A stretch of 64,000 nucleotides of DNA from Eledone cirrhosa. Lineage: Eukaryota. Both the position numbers and the translations under genes were made by a program. Positions within the stretch are counted from its first letter, which is position 1; every line of letters begins with the position of its first letter. The stretch covers positions 13,516,001-13,580,000 of the forward strand of contig OZ024766.1 of the NCBI GenBank assembly GCA_964016885.1, given 5' to 3'. Positions 29,987 through 42,300 of the stretch are shown one piece after another. Under the pieces are notes generated by a model, which was not told the origin of the DNA, searched no databases, and worked only from the letters and a program-made list of their open reading frames with translations.

Positions 29987-30333
29987 AATAAACCTTTCAA
30001 GGATTTACACAAATCCAGCCTCCTGTCATTTCATTATAATATTTAACTCCGTAATAGCACCACCAACTACAAAAACAAAGACGGTTGAACTGCTTTACGT
30101 TGAGTACTCTCTATATTATTGCATTACGATTGACTATACGGAATAGATACAGTGGTGAACCTCAAACCTGAATATATATATATATATATATATATTAGAA
30201 AGTGGGGGTTTTTTTTACAAAATGAAAAATAACCGAGGTGTCCTACACGAGTGGAAGTATAAAGAAAAAGGGATGAAATCGAAAATGCAACTGAAGTCTT
30301 ATTTTTTTTAAAAATATATATATTTATTTGGTT

Positions 30334-30371
30334 CCTTTACCGGTTTCGCAGTTCTTCTGCTTTTCAAAAGG
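30334..30371 (-). ncRNA. Minimal hammerhead ribozyme, U3-A8 variant (inverted pLTR copy)
   Basis: Exact reverse complement of 31888-31925. Confidence 0.75.
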
Positions 30372-31887
30372 TGAGTTGAGATGGAGGGTCTGTGGTTTTT
30401 CTCACATCTGGTTGGTCTCTAAATGTTACTTGTTTTATATGGAAAAAGTGGCTCGAAAACCAGGTTTTTCGAGAAGTAATTTGATTGGTTTGTCAATAAT
30501 TATAATAAATTTCGTGCCAGTTCGCATTACAATAGTTCTTCAAATAAGAGAGGGGGGGGGGGGTTGTCACAGGTTGTTTTTTCATATATGAGTGTTTGAA
30601 TTTCTTTTTACTTGAAAAAATGAGGCTCACGAAGGCTTTTTTTTTGGTTGGTTATAAATGAAATTTGGCTGTCACGTGGCTGTTACGAGATCCAACCACG
30701 AGACAGATACCACTAAGTGCACATCTAGACATTTGCGCAAGTAATAAGACACCCAAATTCCAAGTCTTCCCATTTTACCTTTGCGCTAACAATACAACAG
30801 AACAAATGCGAATAAATAAGGAAAATATGTTTATTCAAAAATATAGACCAACATTAAATAAGGTTTAATATACATTATGTCAACACCACAATATGACATA
30901 CACACACACACATAACACCTTCTACTTTAGAAAATAAAAACCCGAACTAAATAAACCTTAAACATACGTTTGCACTGGCAATACAACAGCAAACACGAAA
31001 AAGTCAGGAAAATATGTTCATTCAAAAATATTCCTACTAAAGGAATAATTTTCCTACACACACACACAATATATATATATATATATATTCTCTTCATCTT
31101 AACATGCTAACCATACTCCCACACACATAACACCCATACACACACATAACAACCCCCACACCTACAACACCCTCCCCATTTCTACTAATAGAACCACTTT
31201 CCTACACACATATATATATACACACACACAAAATATATATTCTCTCTATCTAACATACTCGCACACACACACATAACACCCATATACACACACACACAAC
31301 TCCCTCCCCCATCTCTACTAATAGAATCATCTTCCAATACACACATACACACACACACACATATACACACACACAAGCACACAAATAAACACATATCTTC
31401 AGTCTCAATAGAAAATCTGAACTCTAACATCTGAACTCTGACAGCTGGCCATATTCACTGAACCAGAACATTTCTCCCAATCCCTTTTCCCTTGACCACT
31501 ATCTCTCCATTGTCATAACATTCACTATAAAGACTACAGAATAGTTTTCCAAATAAGGGCGCAAAAATGTAATGAAAACTTGTTCATGTGACAGCCAAAT
31601 TTCATTTATAACCAACCAAAAAAAAGCCTTCGTGAGCCTCATTTTTTCAAGTAAAAAGAAATTCAAACACTCATATATGAAAAAACAACCTGTGACAACC
31701 CCCCCCCTCTCTTATTTGAAGAACTATTGTAACGCGAACTGGCGCGCAATTTATTATAATTATTGACAAACCAATCAAATTACTTCTCGAAAAACCTGGT
31801 TTTCGAGCCACTTTTTCCATATAAAACAAGTAACATTTAGAGACCAACCAGATGTGAGAAAAACCACAGACCCTCCATCTCAACTCA

Positions 31888-31925
31888 CCTTTTGAAAAGC
31901 AGAAGAACTGCGAAACCGGTAAAGG
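31888..31925 (+). ncRNA. Minimal hammerhead ribozyme, U3-A8 variant
   Basis: CCTT-TTGAAAA-GCAG AAGAA CTGC-GAAA CCGG TA-AAGG. Confidence 0.75.
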
Positions 31926-33399
31926 AACCAAATAAATATATATATTTTTTAAAAAAATAAGACTTCAGTTGCATTTTCGATTTCATCCCTTTTTCTTTAT
32001 ATATATATATATACATATACATAGATACACATATGTAGATATACGTGTGTGTGTGTATATATATTTTCATATATATATATATACATATACATGTATACAG
32101 GGCTTCGTTTTCCTTTAAAATGTGAGGAGGACAAACCAACATTTGTTGGTCCTTAAAGGGACATGTTAGTATTACTTATAGTCCTTTCCCGGATCCTATC
32201 ACATGATTAACATTTTACACTAATTAAATTGGATAACCCATATATATATATATGTGTGTGTGTGTGTGCGTGTATATATGTATCTGCCTGACATATATAT
32301 ACTGGTTACAGACACACATACACATCTATATATATATATGTAGTTGTAGTTCCTGTCTGTTTGTTTGTTCACAAACTCCCCCTATGGTTTTGGAGATAGA
32401 CCCCCCCCCCCCGCCCATAACCATATATACTCTGAAACTACATTGCCCAGGGTACTTGACTAAGTATATTTCATTTTAATCAAACGGTTCCCCGGGGGTT
32501 CAAAACCCCGCTGAAAATGTTTTCTCTTTGATTTAAATGATGCCTATTCACAAAATTTCAGCAAATTTCAATAATATTAAGACACCCTAATGGGGGTTAA
32601 ACCCCCTATAGTGAAAATGTTGGGCAATAAATGGTAATCTTGGTGCCTTTCCCGGACCCTATCACATGAGTAACATTTTACACTAATTAAATTTTATATA
32701 TTCCAATGAAGTTCAGATATTAAAAAAGTAAGTTTAAAAAATTTTATTATATAAAAAAAAAAAAAAATGTTCAATTTTTAGCAAATGGGCACCTATCTGT
32801 TAGGTGACAATTGCAGTTTGAGGTGTTATTCCGTGCAGCTTCCACACTGCTGTTTTGTACACTGCTATAAGTGGGTTGTGATTCGTGCCCGTTGAGGTTT
32901 TGCTGCGGCGTGCTTGTATGCGTTTGCGGTTGTGATACTGTGATGTGTTTATGTTTAGAATTTGGTGCTATGTTGCGCATAGGTGGGGCGGTCTCCCTGG
33001 AGGTATTTCTGTGGTTGATCTTGCGTATGTGGGATTCTATATTTGCAGCCGTAGAGTATGAGAGTTTTATAGTTTTTCTATTGAGGATTTTATGATATCT
33101 GTGTGATATAGGGAAGTGTTTAGCTATTAGTTTAAAAAACGTAGAAGGCAGTCTAGTTTTTACAGAGCAGTTGAAGATTGGATTGAACCACAGGTATTTT
33201 CTTTCTCTAATTCTTCTATAGTTTCCAGGGTTTACATTATTCGTGTTTGGACCACCTACTCTAGGTGCTACGTGCCTACCCCTATGTCTAGTCCTGTTAC
33301 CTCTATTTTTATGTGAGCGGTTGGTGTCAGTGTTAGTGGGTTTGTTTGAGTTGTCCTTATCCGTTTTAAACTGTAACTTTTCTTTGTGTCCGGCCCTAT

Positions 33400-35655
33400 G
33401 TAATGCTGCGTTATAATAGTTAGCATGCTATGTATAATAGTTAGCATGCTATGTATAATAGTTAGCATGCTATGTATAATAGTTAGCATGCTATGTTATA
33501 ATAGTTAGCATGCTATGTATAATAGTTAGCATGCTATGTAATGCTGCGTTATAATAGTTAGCATGCTATGTATAATAGTTAGCATGCTATGTTATAATAG
33601 TTAGCATGCTATGTATAATAGTTAGCATGCTATGTAATGCCGCGTTATAATAGTTAGCATGCTATGTATAATAGTTAGCATGCTATGTTATAATAGTTAG
33701 CATGCTATGTATAATAGTTAGCATGCTATGTTATAATAGTTAGCATGCTATGTATAATAGTTAGCATGCTATGTTATAATAGTTAGCATGCTATGTATAA
33801 TAGTTAGCATGCTATGTTATAATAGTTAGCATGCTATGTATAATAGTTAGCATGCTATGTTATAATAGTTAGCATGCTATGTATAATAGTTAGCATGCTA
33901 TGTAATGCTGCGTTATAATAGTTAGCATGCTATGTATAATAGTTAGCATGCTATGTAATGCTGCGTTATAATAGTTAGCATGCTATGTATAATAGTTAGC
34001 ATGCTATGTTATAATAGTTAGCATGCTATGTATAATAGTTAGCATGCTATGTATAATAGTTAGCATGCTATGTATAATAGTTAGCATGCTATGTAATGCC
34101 GCGTTATAATAGTTAGCATGCTATGTATAATAGTTAGCATGCTATGTATAATAGTTAGCATGCTATGTAATGCCGCGTTATAATAGTTAGCATGCTATGT
34201 ATAATAGTTAGCATGCTATGTTATAATAGTTAGCATGCTATGTATAATAGTTAGCATGCTATGTATAATAGTTAGCATGCTATGTATAATAGTTAGCATG
34301 CTATGTAATGCCGCGTTATAATAGTTAGCATGCTATGTATAATAGTTAGCATGCTATGTAATGCCGCGTTATAATAGTTAGCATGCTATGTATAATAGTT
34401 AGCATGCTATGTATAATAGTTAGCATGCTATGTAATGCCGCGTTATAATAGTTAGCATGCTATGTATAATAGTTAGCATGCTATGTATAATAGTTAGCAT
34501 GCTATGTAATGCCGCGTTATAATAGTTAGCATGCTATGTATAATAGTTAGCATGCTATGTTATAATAGTTAGCATGCTATGTATAATAGTTAGCATGCTA
34601 TGTATAATAGTTAGCATGCTATGTATAATAGTTAGCATGCTATGTTATAATAGTTAGCATGCTATGTAATGTCGCATTATAATAGTTAGCATGCTATGTA
34701 TAATAGTTAGCATGCTATGTATAATAGTTAGCATGCTATGTTATAATAGTTAGCATGCTATGTATAATAGTTAGCATGCTATGTTATAATAGTTAGCATG
34801 CTATGTATAATAGTTAGCATGCTATGTTATAATAGTTAGCATGCTATGTATAATAGTTAGCATGCTATGTTATAATAGTTAGCATGCTATGTATAATAGT
34901 TAGCATGCTATGTTATAATAGTTAGCATGCTATGTAATGCCGCGTTATAATAGTTAGCATGCTATGTATAATAGTTAGCATGCTATGTAATGCCGCGTTA
35001 TAATAGTTAGCATGCTATGTATAATAGTTAGCATGCTATGTTATAATAGTTAGCATGCTATGTATAATAGTTAGCATGCTATGTTATAATAGTTAGCATG
35101 CTATGTATAATAGTTAGCATGCTATGTATAATAGTTAGCATGCTATGTATAATAGTTAGCATGCTATGTTATAATAGTTAGCATGCTATGTAATGTCGCA
35201 TTATAATAGTTAGCATGCTATGTATAATAGTTAGCATGCTATGTATAATAGTTAGCATGCTATGTTATAATAGTTAGCATGCTATGTATAATAGTTAGCA
35301 TGCTATGTTATAATAGTTAGCATGCTATGTATAATAGTTAGCATGCTATGTTATAATAGTTAGCATGCTATGTATAATAGTTAGCATGCTATGTTATAAT
35401 AGTTAGCATGCTATGTATAATAGTTAGCATGCTATGTTATAATAGTTAGCATGCTATGTAATGCCGCGTTATAATAGTTAGCATGCTATGTATAATAGTT
35501 AGCATGCTATGTAATGCCGCGTTATAATAGTTAGCATGCTATGTATAATAGTTAGCATGCTATGTTATAATAGTTAGCATGCTATGTATAATAGTTAGCA
35601 TGCTATGTTATAATAGTTAGCATGCTATGTAATGCCGCGTTATAATAGTTAGCCT
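33400..35655. repeat. Mixed 21/22/32-bp minisatellite containing the palindrome TAGCATGCTA
   Basis: Units TATAATAGTTAGCATGCTATG(T) and TAATGCCGCGTTATAATAGTTAGCATGCTATG. Confidence 0.97.
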
Positions 35656-36981
35656 GCTCATTAAACATGTCTAGGTTTGAGGATAAGCGGGATATTCTAA
35701 GGGGTATACTACGTGCTACTGAATTCTTTATGTAGATTGTGTGCTGTAAATAACCCCATGACGTCAGTGATTTACGCTGAATCGTTCGATACCATTGTGA
35801 TATCGAAGCTGTTTATCCTATCTTTTCTTACCCAATAGCTATTTTCAAATTTTATGATAGTCCTTCTAGCAGCTATTATTATTTCAATTTCATCAGGGGT
35901 AAGATCGGAGTTATTTTGGGCAAATATAAGTGCTTTATCTAGGGTGGCTGGGGATATGGACGCGTAGTAATCGTTTATATCGAATTGTATAAAGATACAT
36001 GTTTCTCTATTTCTTATTTTACTGAACCATTATATCGCCTCGTTAGTGTTACCCCATAAATTGATTTCTAGTTTACCCTTTATTTGTGCAATTACCCTAT
36101 CTAGAATATTCTTGCTAATTTTACCTATATCTGACTTAGATGGGCATATTAATCTGATAGTAGGATTTGCTTCAAAATTATTTTTGTAATCCATAAGGTT
36201 AAATGTAGGGTTGCATGGGGTTAGAGGCTCGGTTCTATCGGATATTCCGAGTTTATTTACTATCCTGGTGAGTGTGGATTCATTTGTTTTTTTGTATTTT
36301 TTGTGTAGTTCACGCTGAATGAAATTATTATATGTGTTAAGGTCCATAGAATATACGTTTGATGTTTTGTCTGCCTTTACTATGATACCGTTGGTGTCTT
36401 TTAGGTTTTTTAGTAGTGTGTTGATGTCATTTGGTAACTTGTGGTGTGTTCTTTTTTTGAATTTAGTTCCACTTATCATATTCATAAGGTCCAGCTCGAA
36501 GGCATCGAGTGTGGGGTTGTTTGGAGGGTTTTTCCAGGATTTGAATCCGTAATTCTCCTTAGAAAATTCACTTGTGTTAATAGCTGGTCCTTTGTCGAAG
36601 TGGTAAGCCTTCCATCGGACCCTACGGATGAAATCATTAGTCCGTTGTATCATGCCTAGTGTATAGTCCCTATTTGTAGGTATAGGTATGTTTTTAAATG
36701 ACATTCCTATGCGGTGCTTTTCCATGTTGTTGCCGTGTGTTAATGATGTTGCTCAACCAGGTGGGAGCTATGTATACGGGATAACAAATTATTGTTATAG
36801 GTAGTCCAGTTAGGGTACTCCGAGTAGTGGATAGTATTAACGCATGGCTAAGTTTGACTCAACAAGACCTTTCCATAGTGATGCTGCGAGTACACGGTGA
36901 TTTCTATGTAGAATACACTTGGAGTAATAATAAATCAAGAAAGAAAAGTGACATGGTTTGCTATAAAATAAGGGCTTTATT

Positions 36982-37098
36982 CACATTGCTGACAATTGTT
37001 TCTTTGAACTGGTAGGTCTAGAGATCGCTACCCGCCTGTTTCTGCGTCAATCGATCACCAATACTTTGTTATAACCAGTCTATTCATCAGAACATGCG
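36982..37098 (-). ncRNA. Hammerhead ribozyme with extended stem II in the Penelope 5' pLTR
   Basis: Minus strand CGCATGTT-CTGATGA-ATAGACTGGT...ACCAGTTCAAA-GAAAC AATT GTC-AGCAATGTG. Confidence 0.75.
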
Positions 37099-37953
37099 AG
37101 ATTGAAGGGAATACACAGGCATGGCTTCTATATATAGTAGTGGCATTAAATCAGAACAATAATAACAATACTAACAATACCAACAGTACTCAAATAAATT
37201 AGCTAGACCGTAAATAGTTAAAATAATCACAACATCAATCTAAGTAAGGAATAGAGTATACTGATGACTTTAGCATGTAAAATGAGCTGATATGAAGCAG
37301 ATGTATGAAATTGACATGTAAAAGCTGTCATGGGTTGTATTATATATAGTGTAGAGATAACCTGGGGCTTGAAACAATGGACCATTTACTTTATTGTAGG
37401 TTTGCTGACCGTAAGAATTATTTATTATCTGACAGATAAAATATTTTCATTGTAGTGAGGATGGAAATTTTTATGTGGTGTAAAGCGGATTCATTATTTA
37501 AGTGGTCTATATTAGATGAAGGGATTGTTAGTTCGAATCATGGGGTTGTTTAGCTTTCACAGCATCAATAACAAAACATGCATGGATAAGACAACACTAA
37601 CAGCAATAGCATTATAGTAGGTAAGTTAATACAGAGGTTAAGGAAGCAAGGTATATATAGAGAGAACATGATGACTACTATTACGGATACATTGGGGTGT
37701 TCATTATAACAACAGGAGGAAGGTGATATTTCAAGGACTGTGGTAGTAGTCAAATAATATACTTGGAATTAAGTTCATCTGTGGAGAATCAAGGATGAGA
37801 AGAGATATATTTATGGGTTAAGATATTTGCAGACATTACTGTGGTATAGAATTAAGGAGGCTAGAAGCTGTTTAAAGAATATTATAGTTCTGCGGTGGTC
37901 TGTGTAAGAGTGCGGATTTCATATGTTGAATGGTAAGTTATGTTCGTTCGAAT

Positions 37954-38020
<67 letters not shown>

Positions 38021-38488
38021 TCTCTCTTGTTTCTCTCTCATTTCTCTCCTATTTCTCTCACCTCCCCATATATAATTATTATTATTTGGGCTACCTCTAT
38101 TCTCCCCCCACCTCTATCTTTCTCTCTCTCTGTTTTCTCTTCATTTCTTATTTTCTCTCCGTCTCCTCCCCAACTGTCCTTAACACTATAACTAAATAAT
38201 TACAGTACACCCTCCCTCCTAAATCTCTCAATTTGTATGATGAATTATTATTATTCATCTGTTGCCTCAGCTGCCTCTCTTTTTTCACCTCCTCACTATC
38301 TCTCTCTCCCCTATCTCTCTCTATTTCTCTGTTTTTCTTTACATACATTTCTTCTTTTTCTCTGTCTTTCTTTTTAACTGTGCTTAACACTTAATATTTG
38401 TAAACATCTCACTACCAAACCAGCTTACATAACGGTTGGTCAATATTTATGGTACGTCAAAATTATTTATAAAACTGTTTATATATTG

Positions 38489-38554
38489 TATTTTATCTGA
38501 AGAAGGCATGCCATATTTTTAATATGGTATCCCCGAAATATGTATAATGAAATA
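38489..38554 (+). ncRNA. Minimal type-I hammerhead ribozyme in a solo pLTR (~38020-38685)
   Basis: TATTTTAT-CTGAAGA-AGGCATGCCATATT TTT AATATGGTATCCCC-GAAA T ATGT A TA-ATGAAATA; downstream flank matches 29790-29840. Confidence 0.82.
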
Positions 38555-38681
38555 AATATGGTTTTATAAATATAGTTTCCATTTGTTTAATATCGTATAT
38601 CTACTCCAAAACTTGTCGAGTGCTTTATATCAGTTATAAAATATTTACTTGTTGTAACCCAACAATTTTATATAAAACTTT

Positions 38682-38722
<41 letters not shown>

Positions 38723-38898
38723 AAATAAAATGAATCACTAGAGTTGATTTGGCTTTGTTCCAGTCATCCATCCATACAAATTTTATGAAGGTATTTCAGC
38801 TCCACAATGCATTTACTTTGTTATTCTCCTACCATGCTGACTCTGTCTCTGTCTATTTTTCCATCAAAGGCTACAGGCCATGACTGTCTATTATTATT

Positions 38899-39088
38899 GA
38901 GTGGATTGGCAGTATCGGTAGAGGGTCGGACGCCATGCTTTGACGCATAGAGTTACGGCCCTTGCCATTCTGAGTTCAAATCCCGCCGAGGTTAACTTTG
39001 CCTTTCATCCTTACGGGGTCGATAAAATAAAGTACCAGTAATGCACTGGAATAATTGCTGGCCTTGTGCCAAAAGTAGAAACAATTAT
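38899..39088 (+). mobile_element. tRNA-headed SINE with a Nin/Deu-like central domain
   Basis: A-box-like TGGCAGTATCGG, B-box GAGTTCAAATCC, CCTTTCATCCTTACGGGGTCGATAAAATAAAGTACCAG. Confidence 0.85.
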
Positions 39089-39124
39089 TGATGTATTCTA
39101 TCGGCTACTTTGCCATGCGGCGAC

Positions 39125-39290
39125 CCTCTCTCTATGATGGCTACCCCCTCTCTATCTCTCTCTCTATGATGGCTACCCTCTCCCTATCTATCTCTCTATG
39201 ATGGCTACCCTCTCCCTATCTCTCTCTCTATGATGGCTACCCCCTCTCTATCTCTCTCTCTATGATGGCTACCCTCTCCCTATCTATCTC
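39125..39290. repeat. ~31-bp tandem repeat
   Basis: CTCTCTATGATGGCTACCCTCTCCCTATCT x5. Confidence 0.85.
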
Positions 39291-39389
39291 GAAGCCACCC
39301 ATTACCTCCCGTTCCCTCTTCACCCATTCCACCTCACTCATCTTGAAGCTATTGAAGAGATAAGACACTCTATTCTGAAAGGCTAAAAT

Positions 39390-42300
39390 GAATCACTAGA
39401 GTTGATTTGGCTTCGTTCCAGTTTCCATCTTGACGACGATCCTCTCTCCCTACCTCACACCCACCCCCTCACACCACCATAGCCTATTCGACCAATCAAA
39501 CCTCAGCATGCCATTTCTTTTGCTACTACTACCTAACTAACTCTCTCCTCCCCTGTCCCAGCCCAACACAGCCTGCCATTATCCCACCACCACTGTTCTT
39601 CTAGCCCTGAATTTTCCTACCGTTATGGATGGATGAGCTGAGAATAAATTTGAGCAACTCTGAATTAATAGATGAAATATGAATCTGCGAGCTACCAAGC
39701 ACCCATGTGAAGCGCCCATCCAGAGACCCTTCCCTACGAGTGTCGACAAATGCCCAAAACTCCGAGTTGGTACCATCAATGTAGGCTCAATGAAAGGAAG
39801 AGCAGGAGTAATCGTAGAAATGCTAGAGCGAAAGGAAATTGATGTATGCTGTGTGCAAGAGACTAGATGGAGAGGAGAGTCTGCTAGAGTCCTTGTAGGA
39901 AAAAGTCGGTGCTACAAATTTTTCTGAGTGGGAAATGACGATGGGATGGGTGGTGTAGGTATACCATTAGCTGACAAGTGGGTAGATAAAGTAATCTCAG
40001 TGTACAGGGTAAATGCAAGAATCATTAAACTCAGACTAGTCCTGAATAAAACAATTACCACAATAATATCAGCTTACGCACCCCAATCGGGGTTGCCAGA
40101 CGAACTTAAGGATAGGTTTTACGAGTCCCTAATGCACACTACTGCTCTAACAAACGACAATGACTTCCTAATCATCGCAAGAGATTTTAACGGACAGGTA
40201 GGTAAACACTGCGACGGCTTCAATAGAGTCCATGGAGGCCACGGGGTTGGCACAAGAAATGAGGAAGGATTCAGACTTCTAGAATTCTGCGACGCCAATG
40301 ACATGTCGATATGTAACACAAACTTCAAAAGACCCGACAACCACCTGATCACCTCTAGATCAGGGGAGCACTATAGTCAGATAGATTTTTTCCTCATCAG
40401 AGGACGTGACAGATGGACGGTCATAAACACAAAAGCCTTCCCTAGTGAGGTATGTACATCCCAACATAGCTTAGTTTTCAGCGACCTCACGGTCAGAACT
40501 AGATGAACCTGGAAACAGAGGCCAACCTGGAGAAGAAAGATCTGGAAGCTGAAAGACCCCTCAACCAGTAACAGATTTAAAGATATTTTACTCAACGCCT
40601 ACGACAGTAAAGAAGAACAGATAGAGACATTCAATGAGGAAGAGAACTGGGAGTTCCTAAAAAATAACTTACTAGAGGCGACGGATGAGGTCTGTGGCTG
40701 GAGTAAGACCTCAAGCAGGAGGAGAATGACTTGGTGGTGGAACAATAAGGTAGATGAGGCAGTTAAGGCCAAGAGACAGGCATGGAAAGAATGGAAGAAC
40801 GGGGGGAGCAGGGTAAATTACATAGAGAACAAGAGGGAAGCTAGGCGACAAGTATACTTAGCTAGGAGGGAAGCAGAGGATAGAAAATTCAAGCATGTTT
40901 TGCAACGTGAGGACCAGAAACAGGAGGTGTTCAAGATTGCGAGGCAGTGTGTCAGAGAGAATTGTGATGTCATTGGAGAGAAGTGTATCCGGAATGATAA
41001 AGGTGAGCTTGCCCTCACAAGTGCTGAGACGAAAGATGCATGGAAGAGTCATTATGATAGATTACTAAATGAGGAGAATGCATGGGAATAAGAGACCCTA
41101 CCCCAAGTAGACCCTATAGAGGGGCCAGCAGTACAAGTCAGCAGCAGCGTAGTAAGTAAGGCAATCAAAGATATGAAGATGGGAAAGGCAACCGGTCCAT
41201 CGGGTATAGCTGCTGAGATGCTGAAGGCATCTGGGTCTGTAGGTCACACTATAACCACACGTATTGTTAACCAGGTAATACTAGAAGGTATCATACCAAA
41301 AGATTGGTGCAGTAGCATCATTGTCAACTGCTACAAAGGTAAAGGTGATGCACTAGATAGAGGAAACTATAGAGGTATAAAGCTGATGGACCAGGTCATG
41401 AAAGTAACAGAAAGAGTTATAGCACAGTTGATTAGGGACCGGGTGAAACTAGATGAGATGCAATTTGGGTTTGTGCCAGGAAGAGGCACCACTGATGCCC
41501 TCATAAAGGCGATGCACTAGATAGAGGAAACTATAGAGGTATAAAGCTGATGGACCAGGTCATGAAAGTAACAGAAAGAGTTATAGCACAGTTGATTAGG
41601 GACCAGGTGAAACTAGACGAGATGCAATTTGGGTTTGTACCAGGAAGAGGCACCACTGATGCCCTCTTCCTTGTGAGGCAGTTACAGGAAAAAGTACCTA
41701 GCTAAAAGTAAGCCACTCTACCTGGCATTTGTCGACCTTGAGAAAGCCTTTGACAGAGTTCCACGTGCTGTAATCTGATGGGCTCTTAGAAAACTAGGAG
41801 TAGATGAATGGCTTGTGAAAGCGGTACAAGCCATGTATAGGGGAGCAGTCAGCAAAGTTAGGATTAGCAATGAGTATAGCGAGGAATTTAGCATACAGGT
41901 TGGGGTCCACCAGGGCTCTGTTCTTAGCCCCCTCCTGTTCATCATAGTCATGCAGGCAATAACGGAGGAGTTTAAGACCGGATGCCCATGGGAACTCCTG
42001 TATGCTGATGACCTCGCACTTATAGCTGAATCTATGGTAGAGCTAGAGAAGAAATTCGAAACTTTGAAGCAGGGACTAGAAAGAAAGGGTCTCAAAGTCA
42101 ACATGATAAAGACTCAGGTCCTTGTAAGTAGACGAGAAAACAGAACCCAGATCCCCTCAGGGAAATGGCCTTGCTCAGTATGTAGGAAAGGTGTAGGTAG
42201 GAACTCGATTCTCTGCCCCAAATGCAAACAATGGGTACACAAGAGATGTAGTGGGATCTCAGGAAGCTTAATTAAGAATGTAGGCTTCACATGCAGCAGC

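Larger units (their letters stand above)
30259..32000 (+). mobile_element. 5'-truncated Penelope-like element with ~415-bp inverted pLTRs (30259-30675 and 31587-32000)
   Basis: Near-identical inverted copies flank a GIY-YIG C-terminus (LSAHLDIC...RINKENMFIQKYRPTLNK, 30676-30868); each arm carries a hammerhead. Confidence 0.85.
32771..37100 (-). mobile_element. Decayed Penelope-like element (N-terminus, partial RT, thumb and linker) interrupted by a minisatellite
   Basis: SFKNIPIP...FIRRVRWKAYHF...KADKTSNVY...RLICPSKSDIGKISK...FIQFDINDYYASI; LRISRLSSN...YYNAAL; LWFNPIFNCSVKT...KLSYS...CNC; RT core deleted; 5' hammerhead. Confidence 0.9.

Noticed and set aside
38899-38990. tRNA gene
   Set aside because: Pol III boxes are present but there is no cloverleaf; this is a multi-copy SINE head
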